Assembly: GCA_018649885.1 (NCBI GenBank)
Contig: JABIHA010000069.1
Span: 1-64,000, forward strand
Length of the DNA: 64,000 nt
Direction of reading: 5' to 3'
From: Bacteriovoracaceae bacterium
Lineage (GTDB): Bacteria; Bdellovibrionota; Bacteriovoracia; Bacteriovoracales; Bacteriovoracaceae
How positions within the stretch are numbered: position 1 is the first letter of the stretch; the number at the start of each line of letters is the position of its first letter. The position numbers were made by a program, and so were the translations under genes. Under the pieces are notes generated by a model, which was not told the origin of the DNA, ran no database searches, and saw only the letters and a list, made by a program, of their open reading frames with translations. Of the stretch, positions 56,750 to 64,000 are shown one piece after another.

Positions 56750-57214
56750 ATGTTGGGCCCAGAAGATCTGAAGTTGAGTGCTATTGACTGTAAAAATGGT
56801 GAAGAGGTTGATTTCCTATATCAATTTATTTTTGATCACCATTCGACACCCAAAAACTTATTGCCCACGAAAGAAGAGCTTAACTCACCCTCACTTTTCT
56901 TTTTTAGGGCAGTACTTGATGAGAAGCTCATTGGCATGTCTAGCTACTACAAGGTCACTCCATTTTTGGCGGAAACCCAAAAGACCATAGTCCTTCCCGA
57001 GTTCAGGGGGAAAGGCTTTGGTAAGAAAATCTCCTCACTTATGGAAGATCTTATTAAAAATAGAGGATTCAAGAAAATTCGTTCTGCTATCTATATCCAA
57101 AATCTCAAGATGCTCAAAATCAAATTAGACCAAAGCTATATTATTGAGGGACTTCTAAGGGATCACGATGCTCCTGGGCTTCATGAATATAGTTTGGGAA
57201 AAATCCTCGGCTAA
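56750..57214 (+). CDS. GNAT family acetyltransferase
   Basis: VLPEFRGKGFG motif A. Confidence 0.85.
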   Translation: MLGPEDLKLSAIDCKNGEEVDFLYQFIFDHHSTPKNLLPTKEELNSPSLFFFRAVLDEKLIGMSSYYKVTPFLAETQKTIVLPEFRGKGFGKKISSLMEDLIKNRGFKKIRSAIYIQNLKMLKIKLDQSYIIEGLLRDHDAPGLHEYSLGKILG

Positions 57215-57266
57215 GTATTTGAAAAGATAAGGGTTTCAAGAAAAGATGAGATTCTTTTGGGTATTA

Positions 57267-57292
57267 TGAAACCTTTTTCCATAAGCCGCGTA
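57267..57292 (+). promoter_or_regulatory. ECF sigma promoter (copy 1)
   Basis: TGAAAC-N16-CGTA. Confidence 0.7.
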
Positions 57293-57298
57293 TTACCT

Positions 57299-57432
57299 AT
57301 GACATAACATCCTTATGCTTTTAATTTGCCCCCCCAAGGCAATTTTGATTGTGAAGGATCTAAAGATGGATTCTTCACATAAAGGCTTACCAGAGACTCA
57401 CGGAGTAGTTACTGGTAGGCCTTTTTATTTTT
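57299..57432 (+). ncRNA. Candidate sRNA, copy 1
   Basis: Three hairpins, the last followed by a T run; paralogous to copy 2 with compensatory changes; no ORF. Confidence 0.7.
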
Positions 57433-57531
57433 CCCCCTACTTCATTTCTAATTTAAATCTGAAATTAAAACACTCCTTAACTAGTTGAATTTACTTGATT
57501 ATTTAAAAGGTTTATTTTATTTCGATTTTTT

Positions 57532-57557
57532 TGAAACCTTTTTCCCTAAGCTTCGTA
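57532..57557 (+). promoter_or_regulatory. ECF sigma promoter (copy 2)
   Basis: TGAAAC-N16-CGTA. Confidence 0.7.
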
Positions 57558-57563
57558 TTATCC

Positions 57564-57693
57564 ATAACACAACATCCTTCTGCTTTCATTTGCCCCCCAA
57601 GGCAATTTAGAATGTGATGGAACTTATGATGGATCCACCACAGAAATGGCCCTCAGAGACTCAAGGAGAGTCCTGATTGGCCCTTTCATATTT
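57564..57693 (+). ncRNA. Candidate sRNA, copy 2
   Basis: Same architecture 265 bp downstream; GACTC-AAGGA-GAGTC apical hairpin. Confidence 0.7.
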
Positions 57694-57848
57694 CCCGCAC
57701 TGAAAGTCATGGTAACCTCTTAAATTTACAAGTATTAAAATCCTTAATTTCAAGATAGGCCCTGCGTATTAATTTTTCTGGTCCAGTAGACCAACTCTAC
57801 CAATAAATGTAAGCTGAACGCCTTCAATCTTTGAACTAGGAACTATAA

Positions 57849-58238
57849 ATGGGGAAAGCTCTTCTGTGCTTTGCGGTCGGTGTTGCTCTTACTACTAATC
57901 TCTACGCTTTAGAATCGGGTATAACCGGAAAAATAAAGCTCACTAAGGCACTTGCAAAGAAGATAGGCAAAAACTCAACTCTCTTTGTTATGGCGAAAAG
58001 AGTAGGTCGCTCAGGTCCTCCTGTTGCTGTAGTAAAAATAAAGTCTCCTGTCTTTCCACAAAAATTTAAAATTTCCCAAAATGATGTGATGATGAAAGGT
58101 CTTCCATTTGAAGGACCATTTATTATTGCTGCCAAATTGTCTCCCAGCGGAGACGCAATGGATGGGATGGCGCGCGGGTCTCACAGAAACCCTGTTCCTA
58201 TTGGAAGTCAGAATATAGAAGTCATTCTTAAAAGGTAA
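57849..58238 (+). CDS. Secreted protein, CcmI/CycH C-terminal-like domain
   Basis: Signal peptide; TLFVMAK...GPPVAV....FP..F.....VM, A(K)LS.SGDA. Confidence 0.75.
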   Translation: MGKALLCFAVGVALTTNLYALESGITGKIKLTKALAKKIGKNSTLFVMAKRVGRSGPPVAVVKIKSPVFPQKFKISQNDVMMKGLPFEGPFIIAAKLSPSGDAMDGMARGSHRNPVPIGSQNIEVILKR

Positions 58239-58285
58239 CTTGCCTCATTTTTTTGAGAGATACCATCTGGAGCCTATCAAATCGA

Positions 58286-58717
58286 TTAAGTGCAGTGACC
58301 TAAGAGTTGTGATTTCCCTATAGCTCCAATATTACAACCTTTTTCAAAAACAACTTTATAATTAAATGGCATGTTGTGAATCACTTCATTGGCCCCAATC
58401 ATAGCTCCAGGGCCTAGCTCGGTGATTTTTTTATTGGAATGAAAAATTCGAGCTTTTCCTTGCACTATAAGATACGCCACAAGTGGAATCTGCCCCTTAT
58501 CAATTGATACATAATCACTTTTTAACTTGTGGAAATAAGCGAGGTGCTTTTTTGAAAGATAAAAATGAGTGCTTGAATTTATGGCCGCGAACTTGATTCC
58601 CAAAATTCTAGTCAACAAAGAACATTGAATACATACTTTCTCAACTACAAATGCAATTGAAAATAAACTAAAAATAATAATCCCTCCAACAAACAAGTAA
58701 CTCGGTATAAGAAACAT
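58286..58717 (-). CDS. Membrane-anchored cyclic-nucleotide-binding-fold protein
   Basis: N-terminal TM; YLIVQGKARI...ELGPGAMIG. Confidence 0.65.
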   Translation of the reverse strand: MFLIPSYLFVGGIIIFSLFSIAFVVEKVCIQCSLLTRILGIKFAAINSSTHFYLSKKHLAYFHKLKSDYVSIDKGQIPLVAYLIVQGKARIFHSNKKITELGPGAMIGANEVIHNMPFNYKVVFEKGCNIGAIGKSQLLGHCT

Positions 58718-58746
58718 ATTCCCCCCTCCAGGTACGTTACTACTTT

Positions 58747-59205
58747 TTAAAAATGAGATTTATTAGCGTATTGATCTTTTAAACTCTTTTCGTTTTCCAT
58801 GATTTCTTTCACATATTTCTTGTCAAAAAAACAGGCCACAGTGTCGGTCAAAGCCTCGGCTTTAAAGTCAGTATATTCTTCTTCTAAATGACACATGCCT
58901 ATTGTACTACCAGGTCCTAATTCTTTACTGGTGATGGTCCCATCTTTATTTTTTGTGGAAAAATTAATAAGCCCAGATTTTATACAAAAAATTCCATAAT
59001 AAGGGGTCTTAAAATCAATAAGTGCTTGTCCCTTTTTATAAAAGTTAAATATTTTCATCTTGCTATTCAAATCTAATTGGTCCTGGTTAAAACCACAGAA
59101 TATTGATTTCATTAAAACATTGCATTTTGAACACTGTGGAGGAGCATTTTTTTTGATAACAACCCCCTTGCTACTTATACATTGATAAAGATTTTGCTGT
59201 AACAT
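58747..59205 (-). CDS. FNR-like sensory domain without DNA-binding HTH
   Basis: CSKC-x8-C N-terminus, YKKGQ, IKSG, GPGSTIG, AEALTDTVAC; ends before the HTH. Confidence 0.7.
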   Translation of the reverse strand: MLQQNLYQCISSKGVVIKKNAPPQCSKCNVLMKSIFCGFNQDQLDLNSKMKIFNFYKKGQALIDFKTPYYGIFCIKSGLINFSTKNKDGTITSKELGPGSTIGMCHLEEEYTDFKAEALTDTVACFFDKKYVKEIMENEKSLKDQYANKSHF

Positions 59206-59428
59206 TTTGAGATCGGAAAGTCTTTACGTCACATCTGAAACTGATTATTGTCAAAGTGATTTTTTAAACTATTAAAAATCAGAGGGAATAATTTTCCACA
59301 AATAATACTAAGAAAACTTAATGACAAACTCTGAGTACATTTTTGCTAAGTGGCACAGATCCCTCGCAATTGGCAAATAAAAATTACAGCAGTAGCGGAA
59401 CTCTATTTTGATGCTAATTATAAAATAT

Positions 59429-59839
59429 TTATTTTTTAGAAAGGGTCATAGCAACGAGGCATACTTCAATATTGGGGTCTGCTTTGGATTGGAGTACTTC
59501 AAATTCGCCTCCGATTTTTTTAAGAATATGTCTGTCGTATTCCATTAAGCGATGGCAGGCGGACAAATCTCCACTTGCTGTCACGGGGCACTTACCTAGA
59601 ATTTGGGCATATACCTTATTTTCATCATGGTGAGTGATCGGGACAAATTTCTTGGAAGGAAACATTCTTTGCCACTCATTACCCAATTGTTCTAAATCAT
59701 TTGCTCTTCGAGCTCTTTTTACCAGCATTGTTAAATTGGCAAATGCACGCATAGTATACTTTGAGACAAGCTGAAGCCTGGGATTTTTGGAGAGGGCCCC
59801 AAGGAGGTTTAAAAATAAATTAAAGGTAAATTTACTCAT
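59429..59839 (-). CDS. Hypothetical protein with three Cys (V4R/ATC-hydrolase-like), coupled to the second bfr
   Basis: CPV...ACHRLM...VC; TAATG stop/start overlap. Confidence 0.65.
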   Translation of the reverse strand: MSKFTFNLFLNLLGALSKNPRLQLVSKYTMRAFANLTMLVKRARRANDLEQLGNEWQRMFPSKKFVPITHHDENKVYAQILGKCPVTASGDLSACHRLMEYDRHILKKIGGEFEVLQSKADPNIEVCLVAMTLSKK

Positions 59840-60306
59840 TACATTTGTGATTGTTGGTAATTCTGAATACCAATCTTTTCCATCAGCTCAAGATTTGTTT
59901 CAAGCCAATTAATATGATCTTCTTCTGTTTCTTTTAAAAGAGTAAGAAGTATTTCTCTAGTAACAAAATCGCCCTCTTTTTCACAAATTTGAATGCCACT
60001 TTCGAGCTTTTTGGCCACTACAAGCTCAAAATCGAGACCCTGTGAAAACATGCTCTTGACATCAGTAGCGATCTCAATAGGGACTCTTTTTGAAAGAATC
60101 GGAGTTCCTTCTAGTAGTAAAATCCTTTCAATTAATTTGGTGGCATGGATATTTTCATCATCTTTTTCATGGTCAAATTGTTGGTAGAGCTTAGTTAGAC
60201 CCCAGTCTTTGTACATTCTGGAGTGAACAAAGTAGACATCAATGGCTGTCAGCTCAAGGCTTAATAGCTCATTTAAGTGGTTTATGATATTTTGATTTCC
60301 CTTCAC
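59839..60306 (-). CDS. bfr: Bacterioferritin-family subunit lacking heme-ligand Met52
   Basis: ELTAID.YF.HSRM, DENIHA, TEEDH. Confidence 0.9.
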   Translation of the reverse strand: MKGNQNIINHLNELLSLELTAIDVYFVHSRMYKDWGLTKLYQQFDHEKDDENIHATKLIERILLLEGTPILSKRVPIEIATDVKSMFSQGLDFELVVAKKLESGIQICEKEGDFVTREILLTLLKETEEDHINWLETNLELMEKIGIQNYQQSQM

Positions 60307-60424
60307 TTTAACTCCTAGATATTATTTGCCTAACCTTTTTACCGCAATTGATATAAATTTTCTACCAAATCTGCAAATAAAACCAACAGAAAATCAAAGG
60401 GACATTTAAGCAATCTGTTCTTTT

Positions 60425-60655
60425 TTAGGATAGCTCTTCTTTCATCTTATTAAATTGACTTAAGGAGATATCACCTTTTGCATATCGCTTTTTAAGAATT
60501 TCAAGATGCGATTCAGAGTCACTCTTTGAACTCGCAATTTGCTTGATAAATAGAACTACTCCTACAATAACAGCAATAATAACCACCCACCAAATGATCA
60601 TAAATCCCCCGTGTCCTAAGAAGCTCCAATTGCCCATATCATACGTCATCATCAT
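60425..60655 (-). CDS. SHOCT-domain membrane protein
   Basis: TM helix plus LEILKKRYAKGDI..QF..MK. Confidence 0.88.
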   Translation of the reverse strand: MMMTYDMGNWSFLGHGGFMIIWWVVIIAVIVGVVLFIKQIASSKSDSESHLEILKKRYAKGDISLSQFNKMKEELS

Positions 60656-60941
60656 CTACTCCTATATGGCCCAAACGCCAACCCCGTGGTCATTATCGCT
60701 AAAATAAGGAACAACATCGATGATAAAAATCACTAATAAAGAAGATCAATTCGAGCTTCACGATTGATAGGATCAAGCTGCTCATCAGAGGGTTAAGCTA
60801 GAGCTCACACTAATGAATACTGGGGAAATCCTCTCCCTTAGTGTCCTAATATTCGCTTATAATGGAGCATTGTACTCCCATTGAAAAAACTACAGTTTAG
60901 ATTAAACTTAGCAAGTGACGGCTTTTCTCTGGAGGATAATT

Positions 60942-61293
60942 ATGAATCTTTTGGTTCTTTTTATTACCACCTTCTTACTTACCCTAAATGTGTTTGCTGC
61001 TGGAAAAGATAGAGCAGGAGTCTATGCAACTGGCCTGTACGCTATAGGCCCTACCTCCAGCTCTGCGGCTGCTTGGGACGGAATGGACTCGGGAGGTTTT
61101 GGCGCTGAAGTAGGGTACAGAGGCGAAAGTGGCCTTAGTGGCGAGGTCTTTGTCAGAAATCATGACTTTGATGAAAAGACCACAGCTTCAGGAGTCGCAG
61201 GAATTTCTTTTAAAACCAAACTCAAAGTTACAAGTCTTGGTGTTGGGGGAAAGTATTTTAGATCTGGCTGGAGGGCTTAGGTTCTACTTCTAA
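60942..61293 (+). pseudogene. Outer-membrane beta-barrel gene with internal deletion/frameshift
   Basis: Signal peptide and ~4 strands end GGKYF; the +1 frame continues LDLAGGLRFYF* (61258-61293), a typical terminal beta-signal. Confidence 0.65.
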
Positions 61294-61310
61294 CACTGGC
61301 TCCTGTTTTG

Positions 61311-61341
61311 AAAAAAGGTGAAGCCCTTATGGACTCCACCT
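61311..61341 (-). terminator. Intrinsic terminator
   Basis: AGGTGGAGTCC-ATAA-GGGCTTCACCT followed by a T run on the minus strand. Confidence 0.8.
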
Positions 61342-61355
61342 AATTATTAGGCTAA

Positions 61356-61967
61356 CTAACATCTTCTCCATTGAATTTTGTAAATGATACCTGCATGAAA
61401 ATCTGCTGAGTCCACAGTGGCCAGTGCATCATCTTTATTTCTATTTGACCTAACTAGCATACTGGCGTTGACACGCAAATTGACATCATCCCCACAACGA
61501 GACCATGACAGTGCTGCTATCCCGATTGGATTGTTTAAGAAATAATCATTGTCAAATCCACCTCTGAAAGTTCTTCTAAAACGAGGGCCTCTTGTTCCCG
61601 CAAAAAAGTATTCAGTACTAAATCGGGCCATGCCGCCAGGAGGAACCGAAACGAAACCACGATAATCCACTTGGATGATAGAAATGCTAAGTCCTTGGGG
61701 AACATGAACTGGTACTGCAATATTACAGCCTTTTCTTGCGATTCGTCTTGCTCGTGGGCCACCACCTGCTTCAACAACAAACGAGTCAAAAAGAAGACTC
61801 AGCTCTTTTCTGTCTGGGCTTAGTGTTGCTGATACCGATCCTCCAGGGCAACCTGTTCCGCCGTAACCTGGCAGACCTAGTTGAATATCATTGGGGTCAG
61901 CAAAAGCAGATGTGCCAAAAGCACCAGCAAATACAAATAGTATTAATTTTTTAACAAAACTTTTCAT
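61356..61967 (-). CDS. DUF4360 family secreted protein
   Basis: YGGTGCP.GS, LLFD.F, RK.C, DYRG, WS.CG, DSAD, WRRC. Confidence 0.88.
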   Translation of the reverse strand: MKSFVKKLILFVFAGAFGTSAFADPNDIQLGLPGYGGTGCPGGSVSATLSPDRKELSLLFDSFVVEAGGGPRARRIARKGCNIAVPVHVPQGLSISIIQVDYRGFVSVPPGGMARFSTEYFFAGTRGPRFRRTFRGGFDNDYFLNNPIGIAALSWSRCGDDVNLRVNASMLVRSNRNKDDALATVDSADFHAGIIYKIQWRRC

Positions 61968-62153
61968 ACAAACACTCCCTTAAATTTAAAGGCAATATTG
62001 CCTAACAATTATTTCCTGTATTGATCAATTTCCTAAGTGCTATCAATCATAAATTTTTATCTACATTTTTTTTAAATCCTTTGCTATCAATTGCAAGTCG
62101 TATCGAGAGAATACAAAACAGAAAAGATATATTTAAAAAACTAGGAGTTGCAA

Positions 62154-62897
62154 ATGATAAATGGCATAAAAAATTATAATCGTGGTACAAAAATAAAATG
62201 TATTCTATTAATTTTAACTTTATGTATTCCTGGGATTTCATATGCTCAGAATAAATTTACTTTTGATCAACCAGTATTGAGAGGGACTGGTTGTCCCCGG
62301 GGAACCACATCAGTGATTATGAGTCCAGACAATCAGGAAATTACTTTGCTATTCGATAGATTTTCAGCAGAGGTTCCACAAGTAGATGGTGACAATGATA
62401 ATGACTTAGTTACATCTGAAAATCCAGGTAGAGGCAATCGTCGAAATAAGAATCGTTCACATAAAGTATGTAATATGATTGTCTCTGCCAGTCTTCCTGA
62501 AATGAGGAGAATCGTGGGACTAGGTATATCCATTGATTTTCGCGGTAGTACAATTATTGAAAACAATGCACGTGCAGTTTTTCGTGCAGTTTTACTTAAA
62601 TGGAAAGGTCCCAGAGGAAAGCGTGGCAAACGTCATGAAGTTCATCGCCGCGCCTGGCGTGGCCAATTTGTTAATGACAATTGGTTTATTAATCTGCATA
62701 AATTGACCAAGCTACGCAGTGGCTGTTCAAAAAAACGTGAACGAAAGGTAGTCTTTAAGCTGAGAAATATCATTATGGCGTCTATACCTAAGCGAGTTGA
62801 TGCAACTAACGCATCCGCTTTAATTACACTAGACTCTCAGGATATTTCTGGAAAAATGAAATTTAGGGTGAGGACAGCTCCATGTCGAAATCTCTAG
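62154..62897 (+). CDS. DUF4360 family secreted protein (divergent paralog)
   Basis: GTGCPRGT, LLFD.F, K.C, DFRG, S.C, DSQD. Confidence 0.82.
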   Translation: MINGIKNYNRGTKIKCILLILTLCIPGISYAQNKFTFDQPVLRGTGCPRGTTSVIMSPDNQEITLLFDRFSAEVPQVDGDNDNDLVTSENPGRGNRRNKNRSHKVCNMIVSASLPEMRRIVGLGISIDFRGSTIIENNARAVFRAVLLKWKGPRGKRGKRHEVHRRAWRGQFVNDNWFINLHKLTKLRSGCSKKRERKVVFKLRNIIMASIPKRVDATNASALITLDSQDISGKMKFRVRTAPCRNL

Positions 62898-62936
62898 TAC
62901 GAAACGCTACAAATTTTCTGAAAATCATAGATAGAA

Positions 62937-62979
62937 TTGATTAAAGTCCAAGTAAATATTTACAACTTGATGATACATT
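62937..62979 (+). promoter_or_regulatory. FNR/CRP-type box with extended -10
   Basis: TTGAT-TAAA-GTCCA (62937-62950) and TG-A-TACATT (62971-62979), class II spacing. Confidence 0.5.
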
Positions 62980-63015
62980 ACTCCAATCTATTTTAATACA
63001 GCTAAGGAGTTGTAC

Positions 63016-63516
63016 ATGACACTTAAAAATGTAATTCGAACCGATGTAGAAGCAATTGTAACGACAGGAACAGTCAAAGAGGCTGCAGCACTTATGTACC
63101 AAAATCATGTAGGTTCAGTGGTCGTTATTGCAAAATTAAATGGCGTAAGAAAAACCCCTGTAGGTATTATCACTGACCGTGATATTGCACTATCACTTGG
63201 TAAAAATAAGCGCTTTGACTCAAATTTTTCTGTGCTGGACGTAATGACACCCAATGTAGTTGTGTGCACTCCTGAGGATAGCATTCACCAGACAATTCAA
63301 AAAATGTGTCAAAATGGCATCAGACGTATTCCTGTAGTGAACAATAGGGATGACCTTGTTGGCATTGTTACTTCTGATGATCTTCTTAAGCATGTTGGAG
63401 AAGAGCTGAAGGACTTGTCTCGAATCATTTCGAGTGAAATAGGTAAAGAAAATCACATGAAGCAAACGTTTGAGAAAGAAGTGCAGCTTAAATCTTATTC
63501 CCGAGCTACCCTTTAA
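63016..63516 (+). CDS. CBS-pair protein
   Basis: VGIITDRDI; IRRIPVV...LVGIVT.DD. Confidence 0.92.
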   Translation: MTLKNVIRTDVEAIVTTGTVKEAAALMYQNHVGSVVVIAKLNGVRKTPVGIITDRDIALSLGKNKRFDSNFSVLDVMTPNVVVCTPEDSIHQTIQKMCQNGIRRIPVVNNRDDLVGIVTSDDLLKHVGEELKDLSRIISSEIGKENHMKQTFEKEVQLKSYSRATL

Positions 63517-63534
63517 CACTGTGGAGGTTTTGAT

Positions 63535-63786
63535 ATGAGAAATTGTGAAGTTTGTCAAAACGAATATAGAAATACTTTTGAGGTCATTATGAGAGGCAGG
63601 TCTCATATTTTTGACTCCTTTGAATGCGCCATCCATGCTCTCGCCCCACGATGCCGACATTGTGGATGTCGAGTTGTAGGTCATGGGGTTGAAGCAGACG
63701 GCATAGCTTTTTGTTGCGCTCATTGTGCTCGTCAGGAGGGCTATCAAAGCATGAAAGATCAGCTGTCAATATCATTTCTTGAATAA
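63535..63786 (+). CDS. Prokaryotic metallothionein-like Cys-rich protein
   Basis: CEVC..FDSFECAIH..AP.C.HCGC...GHG.....FCCAHCA. Confidence 0.85.
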   Translation: MRNCEVCQNEYRNTFEVIMRGRSHIFDSFECAIHALAPRCRHCGCRVVGHGVEADGIAFCCAHCARQEGYQSMKDQLSISFLE

Positions 63787-63825
63787 CCTCCTCGGAGAAT
63801 ACGTTAATGTGGAAATGGGGGGGCC

Positions 63826-64000
63826 ATGTTCAAAAATAGAGAGGAAGCTGGTAGGTCTTTAGCACAAGAGTTTGGAGAAAAGATTAAAAAGCTTAGAGAC
63901 CTTGTTGTTGTTGCTCTACCTAGAGGTGGAGTCCCTGTGGCCTTTGAGATAGCACAAAGACTTAAACTTCCTTTAGACGTTTTTTCAGTGAAAAAGATTG
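63826..64000 (+). CDS. Phosphoribosyltransferase family protein (partial, runs off window)
   Basis: MFKNREEAGRSLA...VVALPRGGVPVAFEIA..L.LPLD. Confidence 0.88.
   Translation, partial: MFKNREEAGRSLAQEFGEKIKKLRDLVVVALPRGGVPVAFEIAQRLKLPLDVFSVKKI

Noticed and set aside
57267..57693. CRISPR array
   Set aside because: Only two long diverged units, no repeat-spacer pattern, no cas genes.
59351..59369. sigma54 promoter TGGCAC...TCGC
   Set aside because: GG-GC spacing is two bases too long and it points antisense to the flanking genes.
60745..60845. Hammerhead ribozyme on the minus strand (CTGATGAG...CTCGAA)
   Set aside because: The core continues GAAT rather than GAAA, and no stem III pairs with a NUH site.
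63220..63747. 175-aa minus-strand ORF
   Set aside because: Antisense to the well-supported CBS and metallothionein-like genes.

Overview
AT-rich bacterial chromosome segment. Gene content (five HD/HD-GYP proteins, two DUF4360 proteins, a TIGR02147-like regulator, many secreted hypotheticals, sigma54- and sigma28-like promoters) suggests Bdellovibrionota, probably Bacteriovoracia; this assignment is inference. About 60 CDSs, largely housekeeping or metabolic (ptrB, asnB, rlmN, lptG-like, maiA/FAH, prc, bfd-bfr, a second bfr, GspE/PilB, ClpX-like). No rRNA, tRNA or CRISPR array was found. The most interesting signals are non-coding. (1) Two tandem ~130-nt structured RNA candidates (57.27-57.69 kb), each behind a TGAAAC-N16-CGTA ECF-sigma promoter, with covarying stems and ANGGA loops. 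(2) A four-helix-bundle (IVP/Avd-like) gene bracketed by a perfect 22-bp inverted repeat plus a competing arm covering its RBS (18.82-19.24 kb). (3) An orphan 100-nt structured element resembling, from memory, IS110 non-coding ends (bridge-RNA region) with no recombinase nearby (39.94-40.04 kb). (4) A three-hairpin sRNA candidate beside dksA. Protein-level oddities include a possible HEPN protein, a regulator coupled to a small secreted protein ending in GGGG, an HTH-less FNR-like sensor, and an internally deleted OMP pseudogene. An IS481-like right end sits at the window start. All family calls are by motif recognition; no searches were run.
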